From a virus, in the IMG/VR virus record IMGVR_UViG_3300012942_000043, positions 7,897 to 71,896 of that record: a DNA stretch of 64,000 bases. One strand, written 5' to 3'. A program made the translations under genes and the position numbers. The notes under the pieces are model-generated. The model saw only the letters and a program-made list of their open reading frames with translations. It was not told the origin of the DNA and did not search any database. Within the stretch, counting starts at the first letter, position 1. The number at the start of each line of letters is the position of its first letter. This document shows, in pieces, positions 9,794 to 18,163 of the stretch.

Positions 9794-11622
9794 AGATCAA
9801 GAGCAAGGAGCAGCTTCGTACTCAGCGCCTTGATGTCACTCTCGGCGAGCTCAAGGAAGAGCTCAAGGGTACGAAGATGATCGACAAGAAGTCGGTCACC
9901 GTGCACACGAAGGATGCCGCTGGTGACAGCGATGCTGCCGGTGCGTTCAACTCTGGTCCGATGCGACCGGATGACACGCAGCTGGCTGCCATCAACGAGT
10001 ACACTCGCTCAGCCAAGACGGCTGACGAAGTTGTGGTTATTCCGACGCTTTCCGCGAACACGCTTCCGGATCGTGACGATGACTACTTCGACAAGGACAC
10101 GCTGAAGGGGTTCGCGGAGCTCTCTGCTCCGTACGGTCCCAACGGAAAGTCCTTCATGGTCGGTCACGACTACGAGCAGCTGCCGGTGGGTAGGATCTTC
10201 TCCACCGATACCAAGACCATCAGCGGGGCGACGTTCCTCACCAACGAGGTCTACATCCCCAACACCGAGCAGTACAAGAACTTCATCGAGAACGTGGACT
10301 TCGGTGTCAACTGGGCGGTGAGCGTCGGTGTCATGCTGGAGTCTCAGCTGTGCTCCATCTGCCAGGCTCCGCAGTACCGCAGCTGGTTCTTCGGCGGTAT
10401 CTGTGAGACCGGCCACGTCAAGTCGGCTTACTATGACCCCAAGGAAACCAAGACCGATGACTGGGGCTACATCATCGAGGCTGACCCCAACGACAAGAAT
10501 GCGGTCAAGGCTCTAGGCAACATGCACGGTGCGAAGGACTTCTACGAACTCAGTCAGGTGTTCCTGGGAGCTCAGTTCTTCGCGGCCATCGACAAGACAC
10601 CCAACGGCGGTGTCATCAAGACGGCGCTGAAGTCCGCTGGCAAGCTGGTGGTGCCGGTGATCGGTCTGTCGGCGAAGGAGGCTGAGGGACTGCCGCTGAA
10701 GCACGTCAACTCCAAGCTGGTGGACGCCATCAGTAAGTACGACGTGAAGCGTTCTGACGACGGTACAGCTTCCTGGACCGACGACGCTGGACTGGTGTGG
10801 AACTATGCACCCGGCGACGAGATCCTGTGTCTCGGCAAGTCCTCTTCTGATGAAGCGGACTCGTCCACCGAGAATGAAATTGACGCATCCACCGAGGATG
10901 CTAACAAGAAGGGAGAGTCCGATGGCGAAGGTCAAGACGACTCGGGCGGTTCCGGTGAAGGCGGTGCGAGTGCCGACCTCGAAGGGGCGTCCGACGATGG
11001 GTCAGGGGACGACGGTGTCGGAGAAGACGCTGAAGGCCAGCCCGACCCGGAGCAAGTCGGGTCCGTCGGGGATCTGACCGAAGACGACGACGAGAGCGGC
11101 TCGGAGTCTGACGAACAGGAGGAAGAGTTGTCAAAGCAGGCTGTGCTTGACGCGGCGAAGCGCGTCGATGTCCCGGCGAAGCTGCTTGCGGCGGTTGCTG
11201 GTGATGCTGAGGGCAACGGCCTGGAGGCAGTGCTCCGAGTCGCTTCTCAGGAGATCAACGACCTGTCCAAGCAGGTGAGCGATCTCAAGTCGAAGGCTGT
11301 GATGGGCGATGCCTATCTCAAGCAGCTGCGTACCGATGCAATCGATTGGTACGTCAAGGCGCACACGCTCCAGGGTGAGAAGGGAGTTGACACCAACTCG
11401 TTCGAGAAGATTCTCGACGCATGCGGTGAAAACCTCGAACTCATCAAGTCGCTGACTGAAGATCAGCGGAACATGGCGAAGGATGCTGCTCCCGGAGTGC
11501 GGCGGTCCTCCTTCCCGACGGACCCGAACGGTAAGCCGGAGAACAAGTCGGCTGACCAGAGCAAGCAAGAAGAGCTCATCACCCCTGGTGGTGGAGCTGC
11601 AATTCGACGCATCCATGGCTAG
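9790..11622 (+). CDS. Capsid maturation protease fused to scaffold
   Basis: DRDDDYF, GHD...PVGRIF, VSVG..CSIC, YELSQV motifs; acidic linker; helical C-terminus. Confidence 0.8.
   Translation: MKIKSKEQLRTQRLDVTLGELKEELKGTKMIDKKSVTVHTKDAAGDSDAAGAFNSGPMRPDDTQLAAINEYTRSAKTADEVVVIPTLSANTLPDRDDDYFDKDTLKGFAELSAPYGPNGKSFMVGHDYEQLPVGRIFSTDTKTISGATFLTNEVYIPNTEQYKNFIENVDFGVNWAVSVGVMLESQLCSICQAPQYRSWFFGGICETGHVKSAYYDPKETKTDDWGYIIEADPNDKNAVKALGNMHGAKDFYELSQVFLGAQFFAAIDKTPNGGVIKTALKSAGKLVVPVIGLSAKEAEGLPLKHVNSKLVDAISKYDVKRSDDGTASWTDDAGLVWNYAPGDEILCLGKSSSDEADSSTENEIDASTEDANKKGESDGEGQDDSGGSGEGGASADLEGASDDGSGDDGVGEDAEGQPDPEQVGSVGDLTEDDDESGSESDEQEEELSKQAVLDAAKRVDVPAKLLAAVAGDAEGNGLEAVLRVASQEINDLSKQVSDLKSKAVMGDAYLKQLRTDAIDWYVKAHTLQGEKGVDTNSFEKILDACGENLELIKSLTEDQRNMAKDAAPGVRRSSFPTDPNGKPENKSADQSKQEELITPGGGAAIRRIHG
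10922..11077 (+). CDS. Putative overprinted 51-aa basic protein in the +1 frame of the protease linker
   Basis: GGGAG RBS; MAKVKTTRAVPVK...; host-frame Glu codons shift to GAA over the overlap. Confidence 0.5.
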   Translation: MAKVKTTRAVPVKAVRVPTSKGRPTMGQGTTVSEKTLKASPTRSKSGPSGI

Positions 11623-11664
11623 TAGTTGATAATCAACTCAGGTTCTTAGAAGGAGGAAATCCAA

Positions 11665-12084
11665 ATGACCACGACTTCCGCTGGTGGTAAGATCACCGGC
11701 TTCATCGCTCTCACTTTCAGCACGGATGAAGTTCTCGCTGAGGGCGACCCGGTGCACGTCGTCGGTGACTACGAGGTGGCGAAGGCTGATGGCACGAAGG
11801 CCATCGTCGGCTACGTGTCGGTCCCGTCCTACACGCGCGGCCCGTCCGGTCTCACCGCTGCTGCCGGTCAGGTCACCGTGGAGGCCATCGGCTTCTCGGT
11901 CATGACCGTCAACTCGGGTGCTGCCATCGCGGCTGGTGCTGAGGTCGGCGTTGGCGCGGCCAAGAAGTACGTCACGTCTGCTGCGTCCACCGCTCGCATC
12001 GGCGTCGCTCTCACTGCCGCCAGTGGTGCTTCGCAGAAGATCGACGTGCTGGTGCAGGGCGGCGCGGTCGTTCCGTCGGCGTAA
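11665..12084 (+). CDS. Capsid decoration/cement protein (DUF2190-like)
   Basis: Ala/Gly-rich, AIAAGAEV...IGVALTAA; AAGGAGG RBS; directly before the major capsid gene. Confidence 0.75.
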   Translation: MTTTSAGGKITGFIALTFSTDEVLAEGDPVHVVGDYEVAKADGTKAIVGYVSVPSYTRGPSGLTAAAGQVTVEAIGFSVMTVNSGAAIAAGAEVGVGAAKKYVTSAASTARIGVALTAASGASQKIDVLVQGGAVVPSA

Positions 12085-12130
12085 CAGTTCACACCAACAA
12101 CAGATCCACACAGAGGAAGGTAAGCAAAAC

Positions 12131-13246
12131 ATGGCCACCAAGTTCACGGGTGTTGGTGTGAACCAGGACTTCAACACGAAGGCACTGCACGATGAGCTGC
12201 AGCGTCTCCGGAAGTCCGGTCACGGCAACGTCACCCTCAAGTCGTACCTGGCTGACAGCTACGGCAACGACATGACGCCGATCGAGTTCTACAAGGGACT
12301 CGGCATCGACCCGCAGGGCCTCACGGTTGAGAAGATGCTTAACACGAGCGAGCTCAACCGCTGGCTGTTCCCGGAGGTCGTTCGAGACGCGGTGCTCGCC
12401 GGTCTCAGCTACACGCCGTTCTACGGTCAGCTGATCGCCGCTGAGGAGACCATCCCCTCCACCGGCATCACGATGCCTGCGATGGACTTCACGGACCTGG
12501 ACTCTGGTGAGGTCCAGCTGCGTGACACCAACGAGGGTGCGACGATCACCGAAGGCCAGATCATCACCTGGCAGGAGAAGCAGGTCACCGTCAAGAAGAA
12601 GGCGCGTGGTCTCAAGCAGACCTACGAGTCGATCATGTTCTGCCCGATCGATCTCGCCGCCATCTACTTCGAAGAGCTCGGCACTCAGCTTGGTGCTGAC
12701 CTCGACGCGGACCTGATCGATGTGGCCTTCAACGGTGACCAGGCCGATGGCTCGCAGGCCGCTCCGGTCATCGGTGCCACCACGGCCAACGCCCTCACCT
12801 ACCAGGACTTGGTGCGGACGTGGGTGCGGTTCAACCGTCTCGGTCGGCAGTCGTCGGTGATTCTGGCCAACGAGCAGGACGTGGCCACGATTCTCAACTT
12901 CTCGCAGTTCCAGAACACGGTGTACCCTGGTGCGCAGACTCCGTCCCAGGCGGCTGGTGGCCCTTCGCTGAACATCAAGCAGCCGCTCCCGGCGTCGCAG
13001 GACATCTACACGCACGACGCGATCCCGGCTGGCAAGCTGGTGTTCGTTGACAAGCGTCGATTCGCCATCCAGCTGACGGCCATGCCGCTGCTGCTGGAGA
13101 GCGAGAAGCTTGTCAGCCGCCAGGTTCAGGGCGAGTACGTGTCGATCATCACCGGCTTCGCCAACCTGTTCAAGGATGGCCGTCTGGTGCTCGACTACAC
13201 CACCACGCTCGCGACCAACCCCGGCCCGACCGTTCCGATCCGCTAA
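12131..13246 (+). CDS. Major capsid protein (HK97 fold)
   Basis: 371 aa; EGATI, VKKKARGLKQTYE, NGD motifs; strongly biased codon usage; position. Confidence 0.88.
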   Translation: MATKFTGVGVNQDFNTKALHDELQRLRKSGHGNVTLKSYLADSYGNDMTPIEFYKGLGIDPQGLTVEKMLNTSELNRWLFPEVVRDAVLAGLSYTPFYGQLIAAEETIPSTGITMPAMDFTDLDSGEVQLRDTNEGATITEGQIITWQEKQVTVKKKARGLKQTYESIMFCPIDLAAIYFEELGTQLGADLDADLIDVAFNGDQADGSQAAPVIGATTANALTYQDLVRTWVRFNRLGRQSSVILANEQDVATILNFSQFQNTVYPGAQTPSQAAGGPSLNIKQPLPASQDIYTHDAIPAGKLVFVDKRRFAIQLTAMPLLLESEKLVSRQVQGEYVSIITGFANLFKDGRLVLDYTTTLATNPGPTVPIR

Positions 13247-13289
13247 GCGTTAACAACAGCGCTTACTTCAGCTGGGGAGAATACAAATC

Positions 13290-13859
13290 ATGGCAGGTGC
13301 AACACAGCCCAAGTACGTTCGCTTGGTAGACCGTCTCGTGCGGTCTACCATTGTGGACATCCGTTCCGGCTGGTCCATTGCGGGTCTCGACGTGCGCGAG
13401 TACCCGTCTGACGATCAGCCGCTGGCTCAGGCGTACGTCAAGGATCGTCTGCGTCGCGGTGTGCTCGAAGGGTGCAGCAAGGCTGAGTACGATGAGGTCA
13501 ACACCATCGACACTGACTACCTGGCTCGTACGGGTGTCAAGTCGAATGACCAGGGTGCTCCGCTGAGCGGCTACCAGGAAGCGCACATCATCTCGGCAGC
13601 GAACCAGGACCGACTGAAGCTGGAGGCTTCGCGCGGTCTCGGTTCTCACGGTGTGCAGTACAAGGACGACTCCGTGGGCGAGGCTCACGAAGCGGACGAG
13701 GCACCGGAGGACGAAGTCGTCGAGGATGACGCTGACACCTCCGAGGAAGGCGCGACCGAAGACGACGAGTCCGAGGCCACCGCCGAGGAAGCTGCTCCGG
13801 CTCCCGCGAAGAAGGCTCCGGCCAAGAAGGCAGCACCGAAGAAGGCTGCTGCCAAGTAA
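13290..13859 (+). CDS. Hypothetical protein with acidic region and PAKK tail
   Basis: GGGGAG RBS; biased codon usage. Confidence 0.8.
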   Translation: MAGATQPKYVRLVDRLVRSTIVDIRSGWSIAGLDVREYPSDDQPLAQAYVKDRLRRGVLEGCSKAEYDEVNTIDTDYLARTGVKSNDQGAPLSGYQEAHIISAANQDRLKLEASRGLGSHGVQYKDDSVGEAHEADEAPEDEVVEDDADTSEEGATEDDESEATAEEAAPAPAKKAPAKKAAPKKAAAK

Positions 13860-13872
13860 CAAGCGATGCCGG

Positions 13873-13903
13873 TAGGGGGGCGGGTGGCAACGCCCGCCCC
13901 CTA
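13873..13903 (+). terminator. GC-rich stem-loop
   Basis: TAGGGGGGCGGGT...GCCCGCCCCCTA. Confidence 0.6.
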
Positions 13904-13924
13904 TTAGCTTTGAAAGGACTTCTC

Positions 13925-14272
13925 ATGACTGATACCACGGCGGTTGATACTGCAGCTACTGCTCCTGAGGCTACCGAAGCTGCGCCTGAGCAGGATGTTG
14001 ATACCACCGCACCTGAGCAGTGGGCGGCGGTGCCGGACGTGTCGCAGATGACGCTAGACCAGCTGCAGTCAGCATCCACCACTCTCAAGGGTGCGCTCGA
14101 ACGTTACAACCAGGAAGTCGCCTGGCGTAATGCGGCGCTGTCGCACGTGACCGCCGAGATCGCTTCGCGATTCAACCTGACCATCCCCGGCACTCCTGCT
14201 CGCACGGCGCTTCCGCAGTACCCGGTCGACAAGGTCACTACCACCTACGTTCCAAAGACGAAGAAGTCGTAA
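13925..14272 (+). CDS. Hypothetical protein
   Basis: GAAAGGA RBS. Confidence 0.75.
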   Translation: MTDTTAVDTAATAPEATEAAPEQDVDTTAPEQWAAVPDVSQMTLDQLQSASTTLKGALERYNQEVAWRNAALSHVTAEIASRFNLTIPGTPARTALPQYPVDKVTTTYVPKTKKS

Positions 14273-14274
14273 TC

Positions 14275-14691
14275 ATGACCACGCCTGCCCTGGGAGATGC
14301 GGTATCTCGCCTGCGCGCACTCCTAGGGGAGCGCGTGGTGTCCGGTGACGACATCAGCAACTCCTTCTTCACTGATGAAGAAGTGTTTGGCCTGTTGAAT
14401 ATGGCCAACCAAAATCTCAATCTTGCGGCGATGTACGGCTGGTCTATCAAGGCTGCTGAGTTCGCCAGGCTCATTGACTATGACGAGTCCGGCTCCAACC
14501 GGAAGCTGTCTCAGCGCTACCGTCAGGCTCAGTCTCAGTTGACGTTCTTCCAGCAGCAGGTGACGGCAGATTCGGCGGCGGTAGCCTCGATGGACGCCGT
14601 CGGACCTAAGGTGCTGAACCTTCGAGATGACTTCCGAGGACCTCATCTCGCCCTACATCACGGCAACATCGTGTGGGTTGCAGGTGACTAA
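14275..14691 (+). CDS. Head-to-tail adaptor
   Basis: LRALLGE...FTDEEV...AA..GW..KA pattern; synteny. Confidence 0.7.
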   Translation: MTTPALGDAVSRLRALLGERVVSGDDISNSFFTDEEVFGLLNMANQNLNLAAMYGWSIKAAEFARLIDYDESGSNRKLSQRYRQAQSQLTFFQQQVTADSAAVASMDAVGPKVLNLRDDFRGPHLALHHGNIVWVAGD

Positions 14692-14694
14692 CCC

Positions 14695-15081
14695 ATGGCC
14701 AACTACGTCGCCGCGACGCTGAGAGCCAATCTGGCGGCCACTCGAGACCTAATCGCTCAGGAGGGCCAGTCAATCGTTCTGACGCGTCCTGGAGCGTTTC
14801 AGGACGATGGCGCGGGCGGCAAACTCCGTTCCGGAGCGGATACTGACCTCCCGGCCCAGCAGTTGTTCTTCTCATACCTTGTTTACGAGCCTCAAGAGAT
14901 GGACTTGGTCACTGGTCAGACCATTTACATCAAGTTCGTCCTGATCGGTATGCCAGATGCAGATATTACAGCTGGCGATTATTTCTGGGTGGACAACAAG
15001 AAGCATCTGATCGACAATCTCACCATGCATCGAGACTACGAACGACGTGCCGAGGGGAAGGTCTACGACGATGGCGAATAG
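14695..15081 (+). CDS. Head-to-tail stopper
   Basis: Beta-rich, LIGMPDADITAGDYF; synteny. Confidence 0.65.
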   Translation: MANYVAATLRANLAATRDLIAQEGQSIVLTRPGAFQDDGAGGKLRSGADTDLPAQQLFFSYLVYEPQEMDLVTGQTIYIKFVLIGMPDADITAGDYFWVDNKKHLIDNLTMHRDYERRAEGKVYDDGE

Positions 15082-15595
15082 CCTGGTTCCTAGCAATTCT
15101 CCTTCTATGCCGGGATCTGCCCCATCGTTGGGTTCTCCTGGCCGTATGAAGAGCTACGGTGACTTCTCGTCATCTTCAGGTGTCCGCATGCGAGACCTGC
15201 AAGGTAGGTTCACTAAGGGCGGCTGGGGCTTTGAGTGGACCGGCCTGGAGTCTGTGATTAACCTGCCGAATGAATTCGGTCAAGAGCTCATCGATAACAT
15301 CGAAGAAAACATGGAGCAACTGTCGAAGGATATCGAAGACTACGCTAAGCAGTTCGCACCATGGACTGACCGCACCGGCAATGCCCGTCAGGGTTTGCAC
15401 ACGGTGAATGATTTCAATTCTAGGAGTGGTAAGTTCGTCATTTCATTGGGCTACTCGGTGGACTACGGATTCTTCCTGGAGAGCTACAACGGTGGTGAGT
15501 ACGCCATCGTGGGGCCGACCATGCAGAAGTTTGCAGGCCAGCTGGGCTACGTGGTGACCGGCGAATACGACGAGGAAGCGTTGTCGTCCTCATGA
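15071..15595 (+). CDS. Neck/tail completion protein (HK97 gp10-like)
   Basis: AKQFAPWTDRTGNAR...VDYGFFLE. Confidence 0.75.
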   Translation: MANSLVPSNSPSMPGSAPSLGSPGRMKSYGDFSSSSGVRMRDLQGRFTKGGWGFEWTGLESVINLPNEFGQELIDNIEENMEQLSKDIEDYAKQFAPWTDRTGNARQGLHTVNDFNSRSGKFVISLGYSVDYGFFLESYNGGEYAIVGPTMQKFAGQLGYVVTGEYDEEALSSS

Positions 15596-16026
15596 TTGAC
15601 GCATCCGTGTATCAGAAGTTGACTGACGAATCCATGGCCGACTACTACCAGTCACACAACGGTAGCTGGCGTGTGTACCCGCGCGGGTCACTGGGAAGTA
15701 GTGGAATCCCAGCGTCTCCAGAAAAGCCGTATGTGATGTACGGCAATAACAATGCCAACCAGTTCCAAGCGGTGCGGGAATCGGGGGTGATCCTCAACAG
15801 CTACTATGACATCTATGTCTACGATGAGCCTGGTAGCTACCAGCGGATCAAAGATATTCATCTGAATCTGATTACGTTGTTGCAATCTCTGAAGGAAACC
15901 GCCACCTCAGACGGTGTGTACATTATGGAGTTTGTATTCAACAACTTGGGTCCAGATGGATATGATACTGTCAACAAACAAGCGGCTAAGGTTGCAAGTT
16001 ACAAGACCGTAGCCAAGTTCCTGTAA
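15592..16026 (+). CDS. Tail terminator protein
   Basis: RVYP...KPYV...IYVYD; synteny. Confidence 0.65.
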   Translation: MIDASVYQKLTDESMADYYQSHNGSWRVYPRGSLGSSGIPASPEKPYVMYGNNNANQFQAVRESGVILNSYYDIYVYDEPGSYQRIKDIHLNLITLLQSLKETATSDGVYIMEFVFNNLGPDGYDTVNKQAAKVASYKTVAKFL

Positions 16027-16035
16027 AGGAGAATC

Positions 16036-16521
16036 ATGAGCGCTGCTCGCAAGGCTGCTGATGCTGACAAGCCAGCTGGCCGCAAGATCAAGTACATCGG
16101 CATCGCTGACCGAGCAGTGCTCGCGGTGGGCGAGAACTTCGGTGGTCGGCTTGCCACTCCACTGACCCAGGAGGTCGTGTGGGACTGGGGCAACCGCCAC
16201 ATCGTCGATGCTTCCAAGGTGGGTCTGTCGGACGATGCGCTCACCCTGCTGCTGCAGGATGACAAGCGGTTCCTCGACGTGACCGATCACGAAGTCATCC
16301 CGCTCGGTCTTCACGAGAAGGTGTGGAAGGCTGCCAAGGAGGTCGTCGCCGAGGCAAAGGCTGTGGTCACGCCGGACACCACTGAGACCGTCGATGAGTC
16401 CACCAGCGCGCCTGAGGATGAGGTCGCTGCTGACATCACGGTGCCGGAAGGTGGCAGTGCTGCTGAAGCAGCTGACGCCGAGGTGCCTGCACCTGCTCCG
16501 GCGAAGGCTGCCAAGAAGTAG
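16036..16521 (+). CDS. Hypothetical protein
   Basis: AAAGGAG RBS. Confidence 0.75.
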   Translation: MSAARKAADADKPAGRKIKYIGIADRAVLAVGENFGGRLATPLTQEVVWDWGNRHIVDASKVGLSDDALTLLLQDDKRFLDVTDHEVIPLGLHEKVWKAAKEVVAEAKAVVTPDTTETVDESTSAPEDEVAADITVPEGGSAAEAADAEVPAPAPAKAAKK

Positions 16522-16523
16522 TC

Positions 16524-16721
16524 ATGACTGAGGCGCGTTGCCAGTCCCGACTTCATGCTATCTTGTTAGACGACGGGAAGCTTGAAGTCAAGTGCTCATC
16601 GAAGCGCTGCGGGGCTGGCAACGGCGTAGTGGTTCTCCATTACTTCAGTCTGCCTGATTTACAATTAGTGGAGACGCGAGTATTCAAATCTCCCGAGCGA
16701 CTATTCAAGGAAGTGAGGTAA
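16524..16721 (+). CDS. Small zinc-ribbon protein (Com-like)
   Basis: RC...H...EVKCxxxRC. Confidence 0.55.
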   Translation: MTEARCQSRLHAILLDDGKLEVKCSSKRCGAGNGVVVLHYFSLPDLQLVETRVFKSPERLFKEVR

Positions 16722-16725
16722 GACC

Positions 16726-17268
16726 ATGGCGCTTGACACGATTGCGCTCCCGTATGGCTGCCGGGATGTCAAGATCTACCCGATCACCGCTGGCGTTCCG
16801 GCGACGACCGGCATTGACCTGCCGAACGCGCAGACCTTCAGCTTCACGGAAGCGGAGTCCTTCTCCGAGCTCCGTGGTGACGACGGCTTGGTGGCAGTGC
16901 ACGGTCAGGGTGCATCTGTCAACTGGTCGCTGGCGAGCGGTGGTGTTCCGTTCGAGGCGGTGAAAGCCATGTACGGCGGCACCATCACCGAGTCCGGTGT
17001 GACCCCGAACCAGTCGAAGACCTTCAAGAAGACGAAGGACGACGAGCGTCCCTACTTCATGCTGGCTGGTCAGGCGGTGTCTGATTCGGGCGGCGACTTC
17101 CAGGTGCGGCTGTATCAGGCGCGGTGCACCGATGAGCTGACCGGCGAGATGTCGGACGGCAACTTCTGGATCACCGGCTCCAAGGGGCAGGCGCTCCCCG
17201 ACCCGAACGGCGATCTGTACGAGTTCACCCAGAACGAGACAAAGGGTGACACCACCGACCTGACGTAA
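16726..17268 (+). CDS. Major tail protein
   Basis: LPYGCRDVK, ELRGDD motifs; followed by a terminator and the chaperone genes. Confidence 0.85.
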   Translation: MALDTIALPYGCRDVKIYPITAGVPATTGIDLPNAQTFSFTEAESFSELRGDDGLVAVHGQGASVNWSLASGGVPFEAVKAMYGGTITESGVTPNQSKTFKKTKDDERPYFMLAGQAVSDSGGDFQVRLYQARCTDELTGEMSDGNFWITGSKGQALPDPNGDLYEFTQNETKGDTTDLT

Positions 17269-17280
17269 GCTGCTGTTGAG

Positions 17281-17320
17281 GACCCCCGGATTTGGTGTGA
17301 GCCTATCCGGGGGTTTTCTA
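17281..17320 (+). terminator. Rho-independent terminator
   Basis: GACCCCCGGAT...ATCCGGGGGTT followed by a T-rich tail. Confidence 0.75.
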
Positions 17321-17382
17321 TACCCTGAGTGTTACCGCAGACAATTAGAGTGATCCTGTTCCTGAATCGAAATGAGCACGTG

Positions 17383-17931
17383 ATGCCGGATTCAATTGCA
17401 GGCGTTAAAAACGACGCCTTGACCAATGAGCCTGTGACGCCAATCGCGGATTGGAAGAAGGTCCGCGAAGACGGCTTCAACATGAAGCTGCCGAGTGGCA
17501 AGGTAGCTCGCATCAAGCGGACCCTGTCTCTGGTGACTGCCATGCAGAATGGCACCATTCCGAACCCGCTGAACTCTATCGTGACCGAGCTCCTCGAAGG
17601 TCGCCGTAAGAACCTCGACGTCCGATCCATGGATGATGAGCAGCGGGTGGCTTTCATGGATCTCATCACCAATGAGATCCCCAGCATCTTTGTTCAGCCG
17701 CGAGTTGAGCTCGTACCTCATGGTGAGAATCCAGCTACCTGGGAACCTGCCGACCCGGACGCCATCAGCATTGCTGATGTTGGCTGGGAAGACCGATCAT
17801 TCGCGTACTCCTTCGCTCAAGGAGGTCCAGCATCGCTGGAGATGTTTCAACAAGCCACAGCAGCTATGGAAGCTATGGCGGATGTCCCAGCAGTACCACC
17901 GCTCTCCGAGTCAGATCCTGTCGATTCCTGA
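17383..17931 (+). CDS. Tail assembly chaperone (G)
   Basis: Between major tail and tape measure genes; LPSGKVARIKR. Confidence 0.75.
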   Translation: MPDSIAGVKNDALTNEPVTPIADWKKVREDGFNMKLPSGKVARIKRTLSLVTAMQNGTIPNPLNSIVTELLEGRRKNLDVRSMDDEQRVAFMDLITNEIPSIFVQPRVELVPHGENPATWEPADPDAISIADVGWEDRSFAYSFAQGGPASLEMFQQATAAMEAMADVPAVPPLSESDPVDS

Positions 17932-18160
17932 TGAATACTACGCCTGGTGCATCGACGAGGCCGTGTTCCATTACGGCTCATCGTTGGAGCACCAGATGCA
18001 ACAAGGCAGCGCCAACGCCAAGACCGGCGATGCTCGCTCGAAGTTGAAAAGTGCAATTTTGCAACGTTACCTAGCAATGTCGATCAGTAAGTCTGAGGAA
18101 GAGGAAGCACCGAAGGCATCTCAATTCCGAGATCCTGCGGCTCTGTTCAAGAAGGGTTAG
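17846..18160 (+). CDS. Tail assembly chaperone frameshift extension (T)
   Basis: Overlapping +1 frame (LWKLWRMSQQY...IDEAV) entered at ATG TTT CAA. Confidence 0.7.
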   Translation, partial: FNKPQQLWKLWRMSQQYHRSPSQILSIPDEYYAWCIDEAVFHYGSSLEHQMQQGSANAKTGDARSKLKSAILQRYLAMSISKSEEEEAPKASQFRDPAALFKKG

Positions 18161-18163
18161 CCG

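Noticed and set aside
12089..13015. Long antisense ORFs (also 3153-3905, 48728-49756, 30708-31415, 57669-58319)
   Set aside because: They shadow well-supported genes with biased codon usage and show no motifs of their own.
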